From assembly GCA_963933835.1 (NCBI GenBank), contig CAWVVV010000006.1, positions 38,681 through 102,680 of the forward strand: DNA of 64,000 nt, read 5' to 3'. The stretch is from an uncultured Puniceicoccaceae bacterium. GTDB lineage: Bacteria; Verrucomicrobiota; Verrucomicrobiia; Opitutales; Oceanipulchritudinaceae. How positions within the stretch are numbered: position 1 is the first letter of the stretch; each line of letters opens with the position of its first letter. The position numbers were made by a program, and so were the translations under genes. This document shows, in pieces, positions 48,921 to 58,691 of this stretch. The notes beneath the pieces are model-generated. The model was given only the letters and a program-made list of their open reading frames with translations, made no database searches and was not told the DNA's origin.

Positions 48921-50111
48921 TTAGAAGCCGAGCGCGTCTAGATTGAGATTGTCTGGAAGCATGTCGCGGAGGTTGTTGTAGAGGCCTTTTGCTTCACCTA
49001 ATTTCGATTCAATATTCGGAACGAGTGAATCGAGGTTTGCGCCATCAGAATTCTGTAGTCCACCGACCAAGCCCTTGAGGTCGTCGACCGATCCTGAGAG
49101 GTTGCTGTAAGTGTCTTTGACGTTTGCTGGAATCATGTTTGAGAGTCCGCCGGTCATCGCGCCTTTGAGCGAATCAACTCCGCCACTGAGCTGGCTGACG
49201 TTGCCAGCGTATTGGGTGTAAAGTTCAGATGCTTTAGTTTTTGTCGCTTCAAGCTGAGCGGCAGCGGCGGCTTTCGCTTTCTCGATTTGAGCGTCAGCTT
49301 TCGCAGCAAGCTCGGCGGCTTTGGCTTCAGCAGCAGCGGCGAGTTCAGCGGCTTTGGCTTCGGCAGCAGCGGCGAGTTCGGCGGCTTTGGCTTCGGCAGC
49401 AGCGGCGAGTTCAGCAGCCTTAGCTTCGGCCTCTGCTTTCAAGTCAGCAGCCTTCGCTTCAACGTCGCTAGTCAGCTGGTTGGCGTCGAGTACTGGAGCG
49501 TTCGAGTCTGCGGTTGGAGTTGATGTGCTTTCTTCAGAGCAGGCTGAAAGAGCAAAAATGACGAGTGCAGCGAGGACAGCAAAGAGGTCTGAATTGTCGA
49601 CGAGATCTTCCCAAAAAGCGCTCACTCCACCGGTCTGAACGTCAACATAAAAGCCTGCGGAGAATCCTAGGAGGTGGCCAAATTCGTGGCGGGCGACGGA
49701 GAGGGCGTCCCACTGGTTGCCCGCGACGATATCGGTCGAGGTGTCGTCATCCCACCAAAGATAGTGGCTCAGCGAGGTGTCGAAGAGGTCGGCGTTGAAA
49801 CGGATCTCGTGGACGGTGTTTTCCCAAGGGCGGATGTTGTCACCGTTGGTGGTGCCTGGGGCGTAGCCACCTGCCCATTGGCCGAGGTAGCCCGAAGTGC
49901 TAGCGCGAGTGAAGGTCAGATCGACGTCGATCGTGTAGTTCTGCGCAAAGAGGCTGCCCCATTCGTTGGCTGCCTGAGTGACGACGGATATCTGGTTGGC
50001 ATTCCACGTGACCCCAGCTGAGTTGATGTTCTCGAAATTCAGATCGAAGTAGATCTCGGCGTGGCCTAAGCCAGCGGTGAGACTAGCGATAGTGATGAGC
50101 AAACGTTTCAC
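48921..50111 (-). CDS. Apparent chimeric ORF: secreted zincin-like N-part (HEFGH) fused to an Ala-rich lipoprotein
   Basis: Signal peptide, ARHEFGHLLG, then an internal lipoprotein signal LFAVLAALVIFALSA-C and AEAKAAELAAA repeats. Confidence 0.6.
   Translation of the reverse strand: MKRLLITIASLTAGLGHAEIYFDLNFENINSAGVTWNANQISVVTQAANEWGSLFAQNYTIDVDLTFTRASTSGYLGQWAGGYAPGTTNGDNIRPWENTVHEIRFNADLFDTSLSHYLWWDDDTSTDIVAGNQWDALSVARHEFGHLLGFSAGFYVDVQTGGVSAFWEDLVDNSDLFAVLAALVIFALSACSEESTSTPTADSNAPVLDANQLTSDVEAKAADLKAEAEAKAAELAAAAEAKAAELAAAAEAKAAELAAAAEAKAAELAAKADAQIEKAKAAAAAQLEATKTKASELYTQYAGNVSQLSGGVDSLKGAMTGGLSNMIPANVKDTYSNLSGSVDDLKGLVGGLQNSDGANLDSLVPNIESKLGEAKGLYNNLRDMLPDNLNLDALGF
49302..49430 (-). 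repeat. Coding tandem repeat, 33 nt x about 4 (AEAKAAELAAA)
   Basis: Recurring gcagcggcgagttc(a/g)gcggctttggcttc. Confidence 0.9.
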
Positions 50112-50133
50112 TCATCGTATATCGACCGAAATT

Positions 50134-51144
50134 TTAGGCCATAAAGCTGAAAACGAGAATTGCTAATAAAATGCGATAGCCAGCAAAGGGCGATAAACCG
50201 TGATTGCTGAGGAAACTGACGAGCCATTTGATCGCGAGAGCAGCGGAAACGAAGGCGATCGCAGTGCCAAAAATGAGGGGTCCGAGGTCGAGAACTTGAA
50301 TCATGTTCTCACCTTCTTTGAGCGTTTTGTATCCGGCTGCTGCTGAAAGGGTTATGAATCCTAAAAGGAAGGAAAATTCGGCGGCGCGCCTCGGGCTGAG
50401 GCCAACGAGGTAGCCACCGACGATTGTCATCATCGAGCGGCTCGTGCCGGGCCACATCGCGACGAATTGGAGCAGTCCGATCGCGAGACACTGCTTCAAT
50501 GTAAGGTCTGGGAGGTCGAGCTCTTCGGTATCGGCCGGTCGAGGGGCTTTCATTTTACGCCATTGCTCGACGCCCCACATGAGGACGCCACCGCCTGCGA
50601 GGGCGATAGCGATGGGGAGGGGAGAGAATAGCTTGGATTCGATCCAGTCATCAAAAAGAAGACCAAAGAAGACCGCAGGCATGAAAGCGACGAGGAGGTT
50701 AATCCCGAGTTTGAGACCCCGTGGATCCTTGCCTAGAAAGCCGATCGCCACGCTCCATAGTCGTCCCCAATAGAGGACTGCAACCGCGAGGATAGCGCCG
50801 GCTTGGATGATGATCGCGTAGGCGTCGGCGGCCTGTTTTAAGGTGTAAATTTCACCATCTGAGTTGAGGTAAGGCGTCCCGTCGTCAGTCATGATCGGGG
50901 CCTCATTGTCGAGACCGAGGAGCTGGTTTGTGAGGATGAGGTGTCCCGTCGAAGAGACGGGTAAGTACTCCGTAATACCCTCGACCAGCCCCAAAATCAG
51001 GGCGTCGAAATAGCCGATGGCGGGTGCGTCGGAAGCGGTTGTCACGTCGTCGACCACCCCATCGATGGATTCTTGAGCCCGTAGACCCTCGAATGGCAGT
51101 AGAAAGACGAAAGCGAACAGTGCGAAAGAGTATCCTCGGTGCAT
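50134..51144 (-). CDS. uppP: Undecaprenyl-diphosphate phosphatase (start uncertain)
   Basis: GLVEGITEYLPVSSTGHL, IQAGAILAV, PGTSRS, AAEFSFLL. Confidence 0.95.
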   Translation of the reverse strand: MHRGYSFALFAFVFLLPFEGLRAQESIDGVVDDVTTASDAPAIGYFDALILGLVEGITEYLPVSSTGHLILTNQLLGLDNEAPIMTDDGTPYLNSDGEIYTLKQAADAYAIIIQAGAILAVAVLYWGRLWSVAIGFLGKDPRGLKLGINLLVAFMPAVFFGLLFDDWIESKLFSPLPIAIALAGGGVLMWGVEQWRKMKAPRPADTEELDLPDLTLKQCLAIGLLQFVAMWPGTSRSMMTIVGGYLVGLSPRRAAEFSFLLGFITLSAAAGYKTLKEGENMIQVLDLGPLIFGTAIAFVSAALAIKWLVSFLSNHGLSPFAGYRILLAILVFSFMA

Positions 51145-51225
51145 AGGGCTTGGGTGGGTTATAACGTCTGGGCCTGCAATAGATTTTTCTTGCTCGGGCT
51201 TGTTCATCGACCTTGCCTGCGGGCC

Positions 51226-52278
51226 ATGCCCGAGCTGAGTGAACTAAAAAGTATTCTGAACTCTTCCGGCGCGATCAGCGCTGCTGATGCCAAGGTCGCC
51301 GCCCTCGCATTAGCGAATGAGAGTGTAACCCTCGACCAGAAGAAGGCGTTTCTTATCGCCCTTCATAAGGCGGGGGAAACGGTCGAGGTCGTGACGGCCT
51401 TTGCAGAGGTCTTTCGCGAACTCGCGCTTGATCCGCAGCTGGGCGACTTCGCCTCGAAGGCCGTCGACATCGTTGGCACGGGTGGAACGGGCACTGGCGG
51501 CTACAATGTGTCGAGTGCGACGGCTGTGATCGTAGCTGCTTGTGGGCAGCCGGTCCTGAAACATGGCAATCGGGCCATCACCTCAAAGAGCGGCGCGGCG
51601 GACTTTCTCGGCCAAATCGGGGTGACCCCTCAGGCGGATCCGGCGGTTTTACGTGCGAGTGTCGAAGAGCTGAACTTTTGCTTCTTCTTCGCTCCGGCAT
51701 TTCACCCTGCATTTAAATCGATCATGCCGGTGCGCCTTGAACTCGCGAAGAGTGGCCAGCGAACAATTTTCAATATCCTCGGTCCGTTGATCAATCCGGC
51801 GAAACCAAAGCGCCAGCTCCTCGGTGTGGGCGGAAAGGAGTGGGTCGGGCCGCTCGCCAGTGCACTCACCCAGCTAGGAGTGGAGCGTGGCATCGCGGCG
51901 CACTGCGTCTTGAGCGACGGTCGCGGGATGGACGAACTGACTACGGCGGGTGAGAACGTCGTGACAGGAATTGGCGACTATGCCGCGCTCGATGGGCAGT
52001 GGAGTGCGGAGCGCTACGGCTTTTCGGCGTCGCCGGTTAGCAGCGTGATCGGTGGAACTCCAGAGGCTAACTTTGCCGCCTTCCGCGCAATTCTCACAGG
52101 TGAGGGTGATGCAGGACTTGTTGATACACTCGTGCTCAACGCTGGCGTCGCGCTTCATCTCGCCGAGGCTGTCGACTCACTGGAGGCCGGTTTTGCCGAG
52201 GCGCGCGCCGCTTTGTCGGATGGACGGGTTGCAAAATGGCTCGATCAGGCATCGAACTTTTTCGCGAAACTCGCATAG
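51226..52278 (+). CDS. trpD: Anthranilate phosphoribosyltransferase
   Basis: DIVGTGG, NVSS, KHGNRAITSKSG.AD, RTIFNILGPLINP, GMDE. Confidence 0.96.
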   Translation: MPELSELKSILNSSGAISAADAKVAALALANESVTLDQKKAFLIALHKAGETVEVVTAFAEVFRELALDPQLGDFASKAVDIVGTGGTGTGGYNVSSATAVIVAACGQPVLKHGNRAITSKSGAADFLGQIGVTPQADPAVLRASVEELNFCFFFAPAFHPAFKSIMPVRLELAKSGQRTIFNILGPLINPAKPKRQLLGVGGKEWVGPLASALTQLGVERGIAAHCVLSDGRGMDELTTAGENVVTGIGDYAALDGQWSAERYGFSASPVSSVIGGTPEANFAAFRAILTGEGDAGLVDTLVLNAGVALHLAEAVDSLEAGFAEARAALSDGRVAKWLDQASNFFAKLA

Positions 52279-52288
52279 GCAAAACGAC

Positions 52289-53626
52289 ATGGGACACTAT
52301 TTCGGAACCGACGGTATTCGGGCTTCAGCGGAGGCTGAGATCCTCCAGCCTCCCTTTTTGAAACGCCTCGCAAAAGCCGCCTTCGCTTTTGCAGGTGGTA
52401 AATCTGGGCTCAGCATTGTTATCGGTCGCGATCCTCGAACATCAGGTGCGCGCATCGTCGATGCGCTCTCTGAAGTGTGGGTGGGCGCAGGCGGGCGCGT
52501 GTTGGATTGCGGCATCGTGCCGACACCAGCGATCGCTCTAGCGGTGAAAGCGGCGAAGGCAGACCTCGGTGTTGTCGTGACTGCTTCGCACAACCCGGCG
52601 CGGGACAATGGCATCAAATTTTTCTCTGGTTCCGGCACGAAGCTAAGTGAGGCCGATGAAGCGCGCCTAGAAGCGTTGATCGATACGGTTGCTGATCTCA
52701 CTCCTTGCGAGGGTGGCGAACGCCAAGCCCATCCAGCTGCCAAGGCATACGAGTCCTTTGCCATCGGCCAAGCCGCTGCCGGCATTCTTCAGGGCAAAAA
52801 GATTGTTCTGGATTGTGCCCACGGTGCGACCGCGAAGACGACTCCGGTCGTGTTGCGGGCTCTAGGCGCTGAGCTGATTCTTCTGGGCGACGCCCCCGAT
52901 GGGAAAAATATCAACGCAGGGGTCGGCAGTGAACACCCTGAGGTGCTTGCTGCGAAAGTCCTCGAGAGTGGAGCTGACCTTGGGATCGCCCATGACGGCG
53001 ATGGCGACCGTGTGCTGTTTGTTGACGCGGCTGGTGTCGTTGTTCCTGGCGACGCCATTCTCGCGTTGATCGGTCAGCACATGATTCGCGAAGATTTGCT
53101 CAAAGACAAAACGCTCGTTGCGACGGTGATGAGTAATCTTGGCCTCGACCGTTCTATTGAGGCACTGGGAGGACGTGTCTTGCGCACACCCGTCGGTGAT
53201 CGGCAGGTTTTTTACAAAATGCTTGAAGGGGACTTTGGCTTCGGTGGTGAGTCGAGTGGGCACTTCATCCTTCGCAGTCATTTAGAGACGGGTGATGGGC
53301 TGACCGCCGCGCTTGCCTTTCTCAAAGCTTGGCTCGCTTCAGGTGCTCCAGTTTCCGAACTCGCTTCTTCAATCACCCTCTTCCCGCAGAAGATCGTAAA
53401 CCTCTACGTCGATGAAAAGAAGCCGTTTGAGGCGATACCTGAGTTCACGGAAGCACTCGGCAAGATCGAGAAAGAATTAGGAACTGAGGGTCGGATACTT
53501 GTTCGCTACTCTGGCACGGAAAATAAAGTCCGCCTCCTCGCCGAGGCCGAATCGGAGGCCCTCGCTCAATCCACGATCGAGCGACTAGAGAAGCTGGTGG
53601 CGACGCATCTAGTTTTAACTAAATAA
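52289..53626 (+). CDS. glmM: Phosphoglucosamine mutase
   Basis: YFGTDGIR, TASHNP..DNGIKFF, HDGDGDR, GGESSGH, RYSGTE. Confidence 0.95.
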   Translation: MGHYFGTDGIRASAEAEILQPPFLKRLAKAAFAFAGGKSGLSIVIGRDPRTSGARIVDALSEVWVGAGGRVLDCGIVPTPAIALAVKAAKADLGVVVTASHNPARDNGIKFFSGSGTKLSEADEARLEALIDTVADLTPCEGGERQAHPAAKAYESFAIGQAAAGILQGKKIVLDCAHGATAKTTPVVLRALGAELILLGDAPDGKNINAGVGSEHPEVLAAKVLESGADLGIAHDGDGDRVLFVDAAGVVVPGDAILALIGQHMIREDLLKDKTLVATVMSNLGLDRSIEALGGRVLRTPVGDRQVFYKMLEGDFGFGGESSGHFILRSHLETGDGLTAALAFLKAWLASGAPVSELASSITLFPQKIVNLYVDEKKPFEAIPEFTEALGKIEKELGTEGRILVRYSGTENKVRLLAEAESEALAQSTIERLEKLVATHLVLTK

Positions 53627-53693
53627 CAGGGGTTTTCACCTATTTTATTGCTTGTGCTGAGTCAGGCTGTAAGGTGGGTAGTGTTCGTTTGTT

Positions 53694-54701
53694 ATGATGT
53701 CTGAAATCGCTATCGCCGATCTCGATCCCCGTTGGCGTAAACAAGTGGGAAAGCTGCAGAGCGCCGTTGAAAACGGTGACTCTGACTTCGCGATTGCACT
53801 CGCTGAGCGGGTCCTAGGAGAGTTCCCGCAAGACGGCGAAGCTGAAGCCCTCCTGAAAGATGCATCGGTCGCACTATCACTGATGGTGGGTAATTGGGAA
53901 GAACAGGGAGACTACCGCCAGAAACTTTCAAACCAATCCGAAGCAGAGTCGCTTGAACAAGACCGCCGACACAGTTCGCCCGAACAGTCGTTGCGCGAAG
54001 ACGCGACTCGGCTCGAGGCTGAGCTACTTGAAAACCCCAGTGACCTTCGTCGCTACCGTGATCTTGCAAAAACTTGGAGTGAACTGGGAGAGCCGCAGGC
54101 AGCATTGGAATGTATCGAAAAAGCCAGACAACAGTCTTCTCTGGAGAACGATATAAGCCTGTCTGAACTGGTTTCAGAGTTGGAAGGTGAAGTGCTCAAA
54201 CAGCGTTTGAAAACGGTTGAGACTGAGGCGATTTTGAGCTCTGGAGAGAATGTTTCAGAAACTGTCGAAGTGGCCCGTAGGGCACTCCAAGCGCACGAAC
54301 GCAAACGCTTGGGGATGCTTGTGAATCAGTATCCGCTCGATGGGTCGTATCGGATCGCCCTTGGCGAGATGTTACTCAGTGAGGGTGATGCTGATAACGC
54401 TGCTCAGCAGTTTCAAAAAGCGGTCGATTCTCCGAAACATCGCACGGGCGCTTTGATGGGTTTGGGCCGCGCTTTCAAGCTGCGCGATCGCCACGATCTT
54501 GCACTCAAACAGTTCGATAAGGCTTTGAGTGAAAATGCGGAAATGACGGTGGAGCGTAAAGCCGCCATGTATGAAAAAGCGGATACAGCTTTTCTTCTTG
54601 GTCGCAATGAAGATGCCCGCGAGGCCTTTGCTGCTATCTTCGAAGTGGATGTTGCTTACCGCGATGTTTCAGAGCGCCTTGACGCGCTCAGCCAAGACTG
54701 A
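53694..54701 (+). CDS. Tetratricopeptide repeat protein
   Basis: TPR-like helices; C-terminal IFEVDVAYRDVSERL. Confidence 0.8.
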   Translation: MMSEIAIADLDPRWRKQVGKLQSAVENGDSDFAIALAERVLGEFPQDGEAEALLKDASVALSLMVGNWEEQGDYRQKLSNQSEAESLEQDRRHSSPEQSLREDATRLEAELLENPSDLRRYRDLAKTWSELGEPQAALECIEKARQQSSLENDISLSELVSELEGEVLKQRLKTVETEAILSSGENVSETVEVARRALQAHERKRLGMLVNQYPLDGSYRIALGEMLLSEGDADNAAQQFQKAVDSPKHRTGALMGLGRAFKLRDRHDLALKQFDKALSENAEMTVERKAAMYEKADTAFLLGRNEDAREAFAAIFEVDVAYRDVSERLDALSQD

Positions 54702-54709
54702 GGCACTGG

Positions 54710-56503
54710 CTAATCACTGTCTTCGGACCTTTTCGCGGATCCGCCGAGAAAGATTTTCACATTCGCATCCTTGCCTTCGAGGAGTTTCATCGCTCGGCGT
54801 ATGGCTTTGGATGTTGAGAGCGTTGGGTTGCTCGTGTCGTCGGCGAAGATGTTTTCTTGCCCGGCTATTTTGAGAAAGCCTGAGTTCTCGAAAATCTTCA
54901 TCTCTTTTGGTCGAACCTCACTGATAAGGAAGAAACGGCCTGTTTGGCGAAGTGAGAGGACAAGCTCTTCAAGTGCCAGAATACTCGTGGCATCAAGACA
55001 GCGCGCGTTACGTATTTTGAGGATGACGATTTTGAGGTTCTTGCGGGCGCAGGCATCACGCATCTGATCTCTAAAGATCTCAGCAGCACCAAAGAAGAGA
55101 TCCCCTTCGACATGGACGATCGAAACGGCGGCTTCCTCTTCTTCTCCGTCTGGCTCTTTCGGATTTCCAGCGGCGTTATATTCCGTCACAACGGGTTGAG
55201 CTGCCTTCTGAATGAAGAGAAGGATACTGACTGCGACGCCAACGATGATGGAAAAATCTAGGCGGAGAAGGAGGGCCGCGGCGAAGGTGATGATGAAAAC
55301 CGTTCGCTCCCCTTTTGTCGCATACCAGACGACACGGAGGACGTGGAAATTGATGAGTGACAGTCCAATCGAGATTACGACGACACCTAGAACACTGACT
55401 GGAATGTATTGCGTAAAACCACCAAAGAAGAAGGCGGTGAGAAGCAAGAAACAGCTAGCAAAAATACTCGCCATGCCTGTTGTTGAGCCGCTGTCATAAC
55501 TCAGCTGTGAGCGGGTGAGGGAGCCGGAGGCGGGCATGCCCTGACCAAAGGCACAAGCCATGTTTGCTAGTCCGATCCCGAGCATCTCTTGGTTCACATT
55601 GATGCGAGAGCCTGCTTTAGCCGCTAATTCTTTGCCGATCGAGGTGCCTTCGAGGGTCGAAAGGAAGGCAATGATGAGGGCGAGCAATGATACGTCGATA
55701 ATGAGGCCACGCTCAAAAGGCGGAAGCGTGAATTGCCACTCGCTGAGGTTGATCGCGGAGAGGGTGGCGATCGCACCGAGGTCATTGGCGATGGCGTATT
55801 GGTTGATGAAGTATCCAAGCCCTGAAACAACAACCAGCGTGATCGCGACATTCGGAAGGGTCTTAAATTTCCTATTTAGGATGTAGTAGAACCCCGCCGC
55901 GATAAGGGATAGCAAGAGCGTCGGAAAGTGAGTGTGGCCGATGTTGCTGATGGTCAGGATGAGATCGTCAAAGACGGTCGCACCCTCTGGCTTTTCGTAA
56001 TTGAAACCGAATACCTTCCTGAGCTGATTCAGAATAATATAAAAAGCAGCGGCTGTAATATAGCCTGCAACAACTGATCGTGATACGTATTGCACGAGTG
56101 CTGCGACACGAAGGATAGAACCGAAAACGAGGAACAGACCGGAGAGTGCAATGACGATGGGAAGCACCGCGACCCGAGCTTCGTCGGAGCTCAGACCTAA
56201 GCCAAGGAGCCCTGCGAGGAGCATCACCGAGGTCGCATTTGTCGGCCCCGCGACGATAAAACGTGAGCCGGCCCAGATCGGAGTGATCAACCCAGCGAGG
56301 ACGGAGCCAAAAATCCCATACTGTATGGGCAGCCCAGCAATCGCGGCATAGGCCATGCCTTGAGGAAAGGCGAGTAGGGCGACGTTCAGCCCAGCGCGGG
56401 CGTCTCCTCTGAGCTTGTGAGCAGAGTAGCCGTCTCGAAGAAATCGAAAGGGTGTCCAATCGACGTGGCGCCCGTTTGAAGTCACAGGTTTATTATCGGA
56501 CAT
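54710..56503 (-). CDS. SulP family anion transporter with STAS domain
   Basis: AFPQGMAYAAIAGLP.QYG, AGPTNA, SGSLTRS, EGDLFFGAA. Confidence 0.95.
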   Translation of the reverse strand: MSDNKPVTSNGRHVDWTPFRFLRDGYSAHKLRGDARAGLNVALLAFPQGMAYAAIAGLPIQYGIFGSVLAGLITPIWAGSRFIVAGPTNATSVMLLAGLLGLGLSSDEARVAVLPIVIALSGLFLVFGSILRVAALVQYVSRSVVAGYITAAAFYIILNQLRKVFGFNYEKPEGATVFDDLILTISNIGHTHFPTLLLSLIAAGFYYILNRKFKTLPNVAITLVVVSGLGYFINQYAIANDLGAIATLSAINLSEWQFTLPPFERGLIIDVSLLALIIAFLSTLEGTSIGKELAAKAGSRINVNQEMLGIGLANMACAFGQGMPASGSLTRSQLSYDSGSTTGMASIFASCFLLLTAFFFGGFTQYIPVSVLGVVVISIGLSLINFHVLRVVWYATKGERTVFIITFAAALLLRLDFSIIVGVAVSILLFIQKAAQPVVTEYNAAGNPKEPDGEEEEAAVSIVHVEGDLFFGAAEIFRDQMRDACARKNLKIVILKIRNARCLDATSILALEELVLSLRQTGRFFLISEVRPKEMKIFENSGFLKIAGQENIFADDTSNPTLSTSKAIRRAMKLLEGKDANVKIFLGGSAKRSEDSD

Positions 56504-56637
56504 CGAAGTGGTTAGCGAGGGCGATCAATCCGAGGAATCATGTTAGACTTGATCTAAATTGAAATAAAAAAGGGTGCGCAGTGCTCCAGTGAAAACGCCG
56601 TGTCGAAAGTACGCCTGCCGACGTAGGAAGAAGATCA

Positions 56638-57180
56638 TTACTCTTTCGAGTCCCAATCGCCACCCCTCGAACCGCGTCGACCGCCGCCCCGGGAGGAACG
56701 CCCGCCCACGTCACCGCCGCGTCCGCCGCGAAATCCACCACCGCCGCGTCCGTCTCGGCCACCGTCGCCTCGGCTACCACCGCGGCCACCGCGAGGAGCG
56801 CCTCGGCCACGAAAACCACCGCCACCGCGTGGACCATCGTCAGAGTGAAGTCGTGGGGCGCGAGGGGCGCCACGACCACGAAAATCACCACCGCCACTTG
56901 GCTGGTCACTGCTTTCTTCGCCGCGGCTTTCGCGGGGAATCGCCACGGTTACGTGCAGGTCGCGATCGTAAAGGATATGGCCGTTGATCTTCTCAATTGC
57001 GGCTTGAGCGAGTTCATCACTAGCCATTGTAACGAAAGCAAAACCTCGAACTTTACCGGTGTCGCGATCGCGAGGATAGTAGAAATCAAGGACTTCACCG
57101 ACGTCCTCAAAAAGTGGACGAATCTCGTCTTCGGATGACTCGAAACTGATATTCGCTACGAATAACTTGTTAGCTTGCAT
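56638..57180 (-). CDS. RRM (RNP-1) RNA-binding protein with RGG tail
   Basis: RNP2 LFVANI, RNP1 RGFAFVTM, Gly/Arg-rich tail. Confidence 0.95.
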   Translation of the reverse strand: MQANKLFVANISFESSEDEIRPLFEDVGEVLDFYYPRDRDTGKVRGFAFVTMASDELAQAAIEKINGHILYDRDLHVTVAIPRESRGEESSDQPSGGGDFRGRGAPRAPRLHSDDGPRGGGGFRGRGAPRGGRGGSRGDGGRDGRGGGGFRGGRGGDVGGRSSRGGGRRGSRGGDWDSKE

Positions 57181-57452
57181 GGATTCTACCTCTCATTTGC
57201 CCCCGAATCTTGCTGGGTGTTGAGGAGGGTAATGGGCTCCTTTTGCGAGCCAATTGAAAGCGGCTCCACCTGACTCAGACTCTTCAGCGATTACTATTAA
57301 TATACTTAGTTTGACGGTGTCCCCAGCACATAGGATGTCAATCGTGATCAGGGTCAGGTCGCCTTATGCGGGCGGGTCGTAACCTGTTTCCGACCGAAAA
57401 ACTTCATTCAAGATTGGCGTGGCCTAGGGTCTTGTGCCATCCATTGTGTGTT

Positions 57453-58634
57453 ATGGAATTAAACCCCTCCAATATCGAGTTTCCTCCGTTTTCCCTCAAA
57501 CGACTTATGGAAACGTGTTTTGAGAAAGGCCAAGGAGACCGACTCTGCATTCTGATCGACCTTCCAGACCCCGCAGAGATTAAGGAATTCGCGTTTCTCG
57601 ATAATCCGCGCCTTTCGATTCAGAATTACGGCTACAAAGTCTTCTACCTTGGCTTTCAAAAAGGCGGCCTTGAGGAAATGAACTACACCGGTGGTGAGAT
57701 TTATGCTTATCGTGAAACTGGCGGGAGTAACCTCGACATGGATGATGTCTGCTTCGATGTGAAGGGCAACGAGCTGAGTCTCGATCGTGATATTTATTCG
57801 AAATACGATCTCGTCCTTGCCGTTTCAACTTTCTCTGCCACAGCCCCCCTGACCGCGAAAGCGAAGGAGTTTGGCTTCCGCGGCGCGACGCTGCACGGGC
57901 TCAATCAGGTCATCGTCGATACCGGGCTTTCGGTCGATTATCATCAGATGAGTAAGAATACCGAGGCCCTGCGAAGTGGACTAACGAAGGCTGACCACTT
58001 TGAGATCGATTTCGAAGTCGAGGGTGTCACGACGACGCTCCGCCTTTTCACAAATGGCCAAGAGGCGCAGAAAAGCCACGGACTTTGCCCACGCGGCACG
58101 CCCGATGTGGCGAACCTTCCTGCTGGCGAAGTTTACTTCGTCCCTGAGGGTGCTGAAGGACAATTTCCCTTCAAGTATGGCGAAGAGACCCTTGGCCTCC
58201 TCACTGTGGAAGACGGGAAGATAGTAAGCAGCCGACTGCTTTACGGCGACTACGCGCTCATTGAAGACCATAACGAGCGCCTCATAGACGACCCGATGAT
58301 TGGGGCCCTTGGAGAACTTGGATTCGGATCGCAGGTCCTTCCATTCAGTGGTCGTGATATTCAGGACGAGAAAATCCTCGGCACCATTCATGTCGCAACA
58401 GGTCGTGATGATCACCTCGGTGGTAACATCACCCCGGATCTTTTCAAGACGCACGAAAATGCCTCCCACGACGACGTGCTCTATGCACCACATAAGACGC
58501 CCGAGGTTCGCCTTCCCGAAGTCCGGATGTATCGAGACGGCGAAGTACACCTCCTCATGGCGAACTATCAGATTGTAGATTACATGCGGGGCCTGCTCGC
58601 CGATGCGGCCACTCCGGTTTCGCTGCTGGCCTAA
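57453..58634 (+). CDS. M29/aminopeptidase T-like metallopeptidase
   Basis: NLPAGEVYF.P, GELGFG, DEKILGT.HVA.G. Confidence 0.7.
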   Translation: MELNPSNIEFPPFSLKRLMETCFEKGQGDRLCILIDLPDPAEIKEFAFLDNPRLSIQNYGYKVFYLGFQKGGLEEMNYTGGEIYAYRETGGSNLDMDDVCFDVKGNELSLDRDIYSKYDLVLAVSTFSATAPLTAKAKEFGFRGATLHGLNQVIVDTGLSVDYHQMSKNTEALRSGLTKADHFEIDFEVEGVTTTLRLFTNGQEAQKSHGLCPRGTPDVANLPAGEVYFVPEGAEGQFPFKYGEETLGLLTVEDGKIVSSRLLYGDYALIEDHNERLIDDPMIGALGELGFGSQVLPFSGRDIQDEKILGTIHVATGRDDHLGGNITPDLFKTHENASHDDVLYAPHKTPEVRLPEVRMYRDGEVHLLMANYQIVDYMRGLLADAATPVSLLA

Positions 58635-58691
58635 CCCACTAACTCCAAAATTGTTTTAGCGGCGGTGTTTTTGCCCCCCGTTTCATTTACG

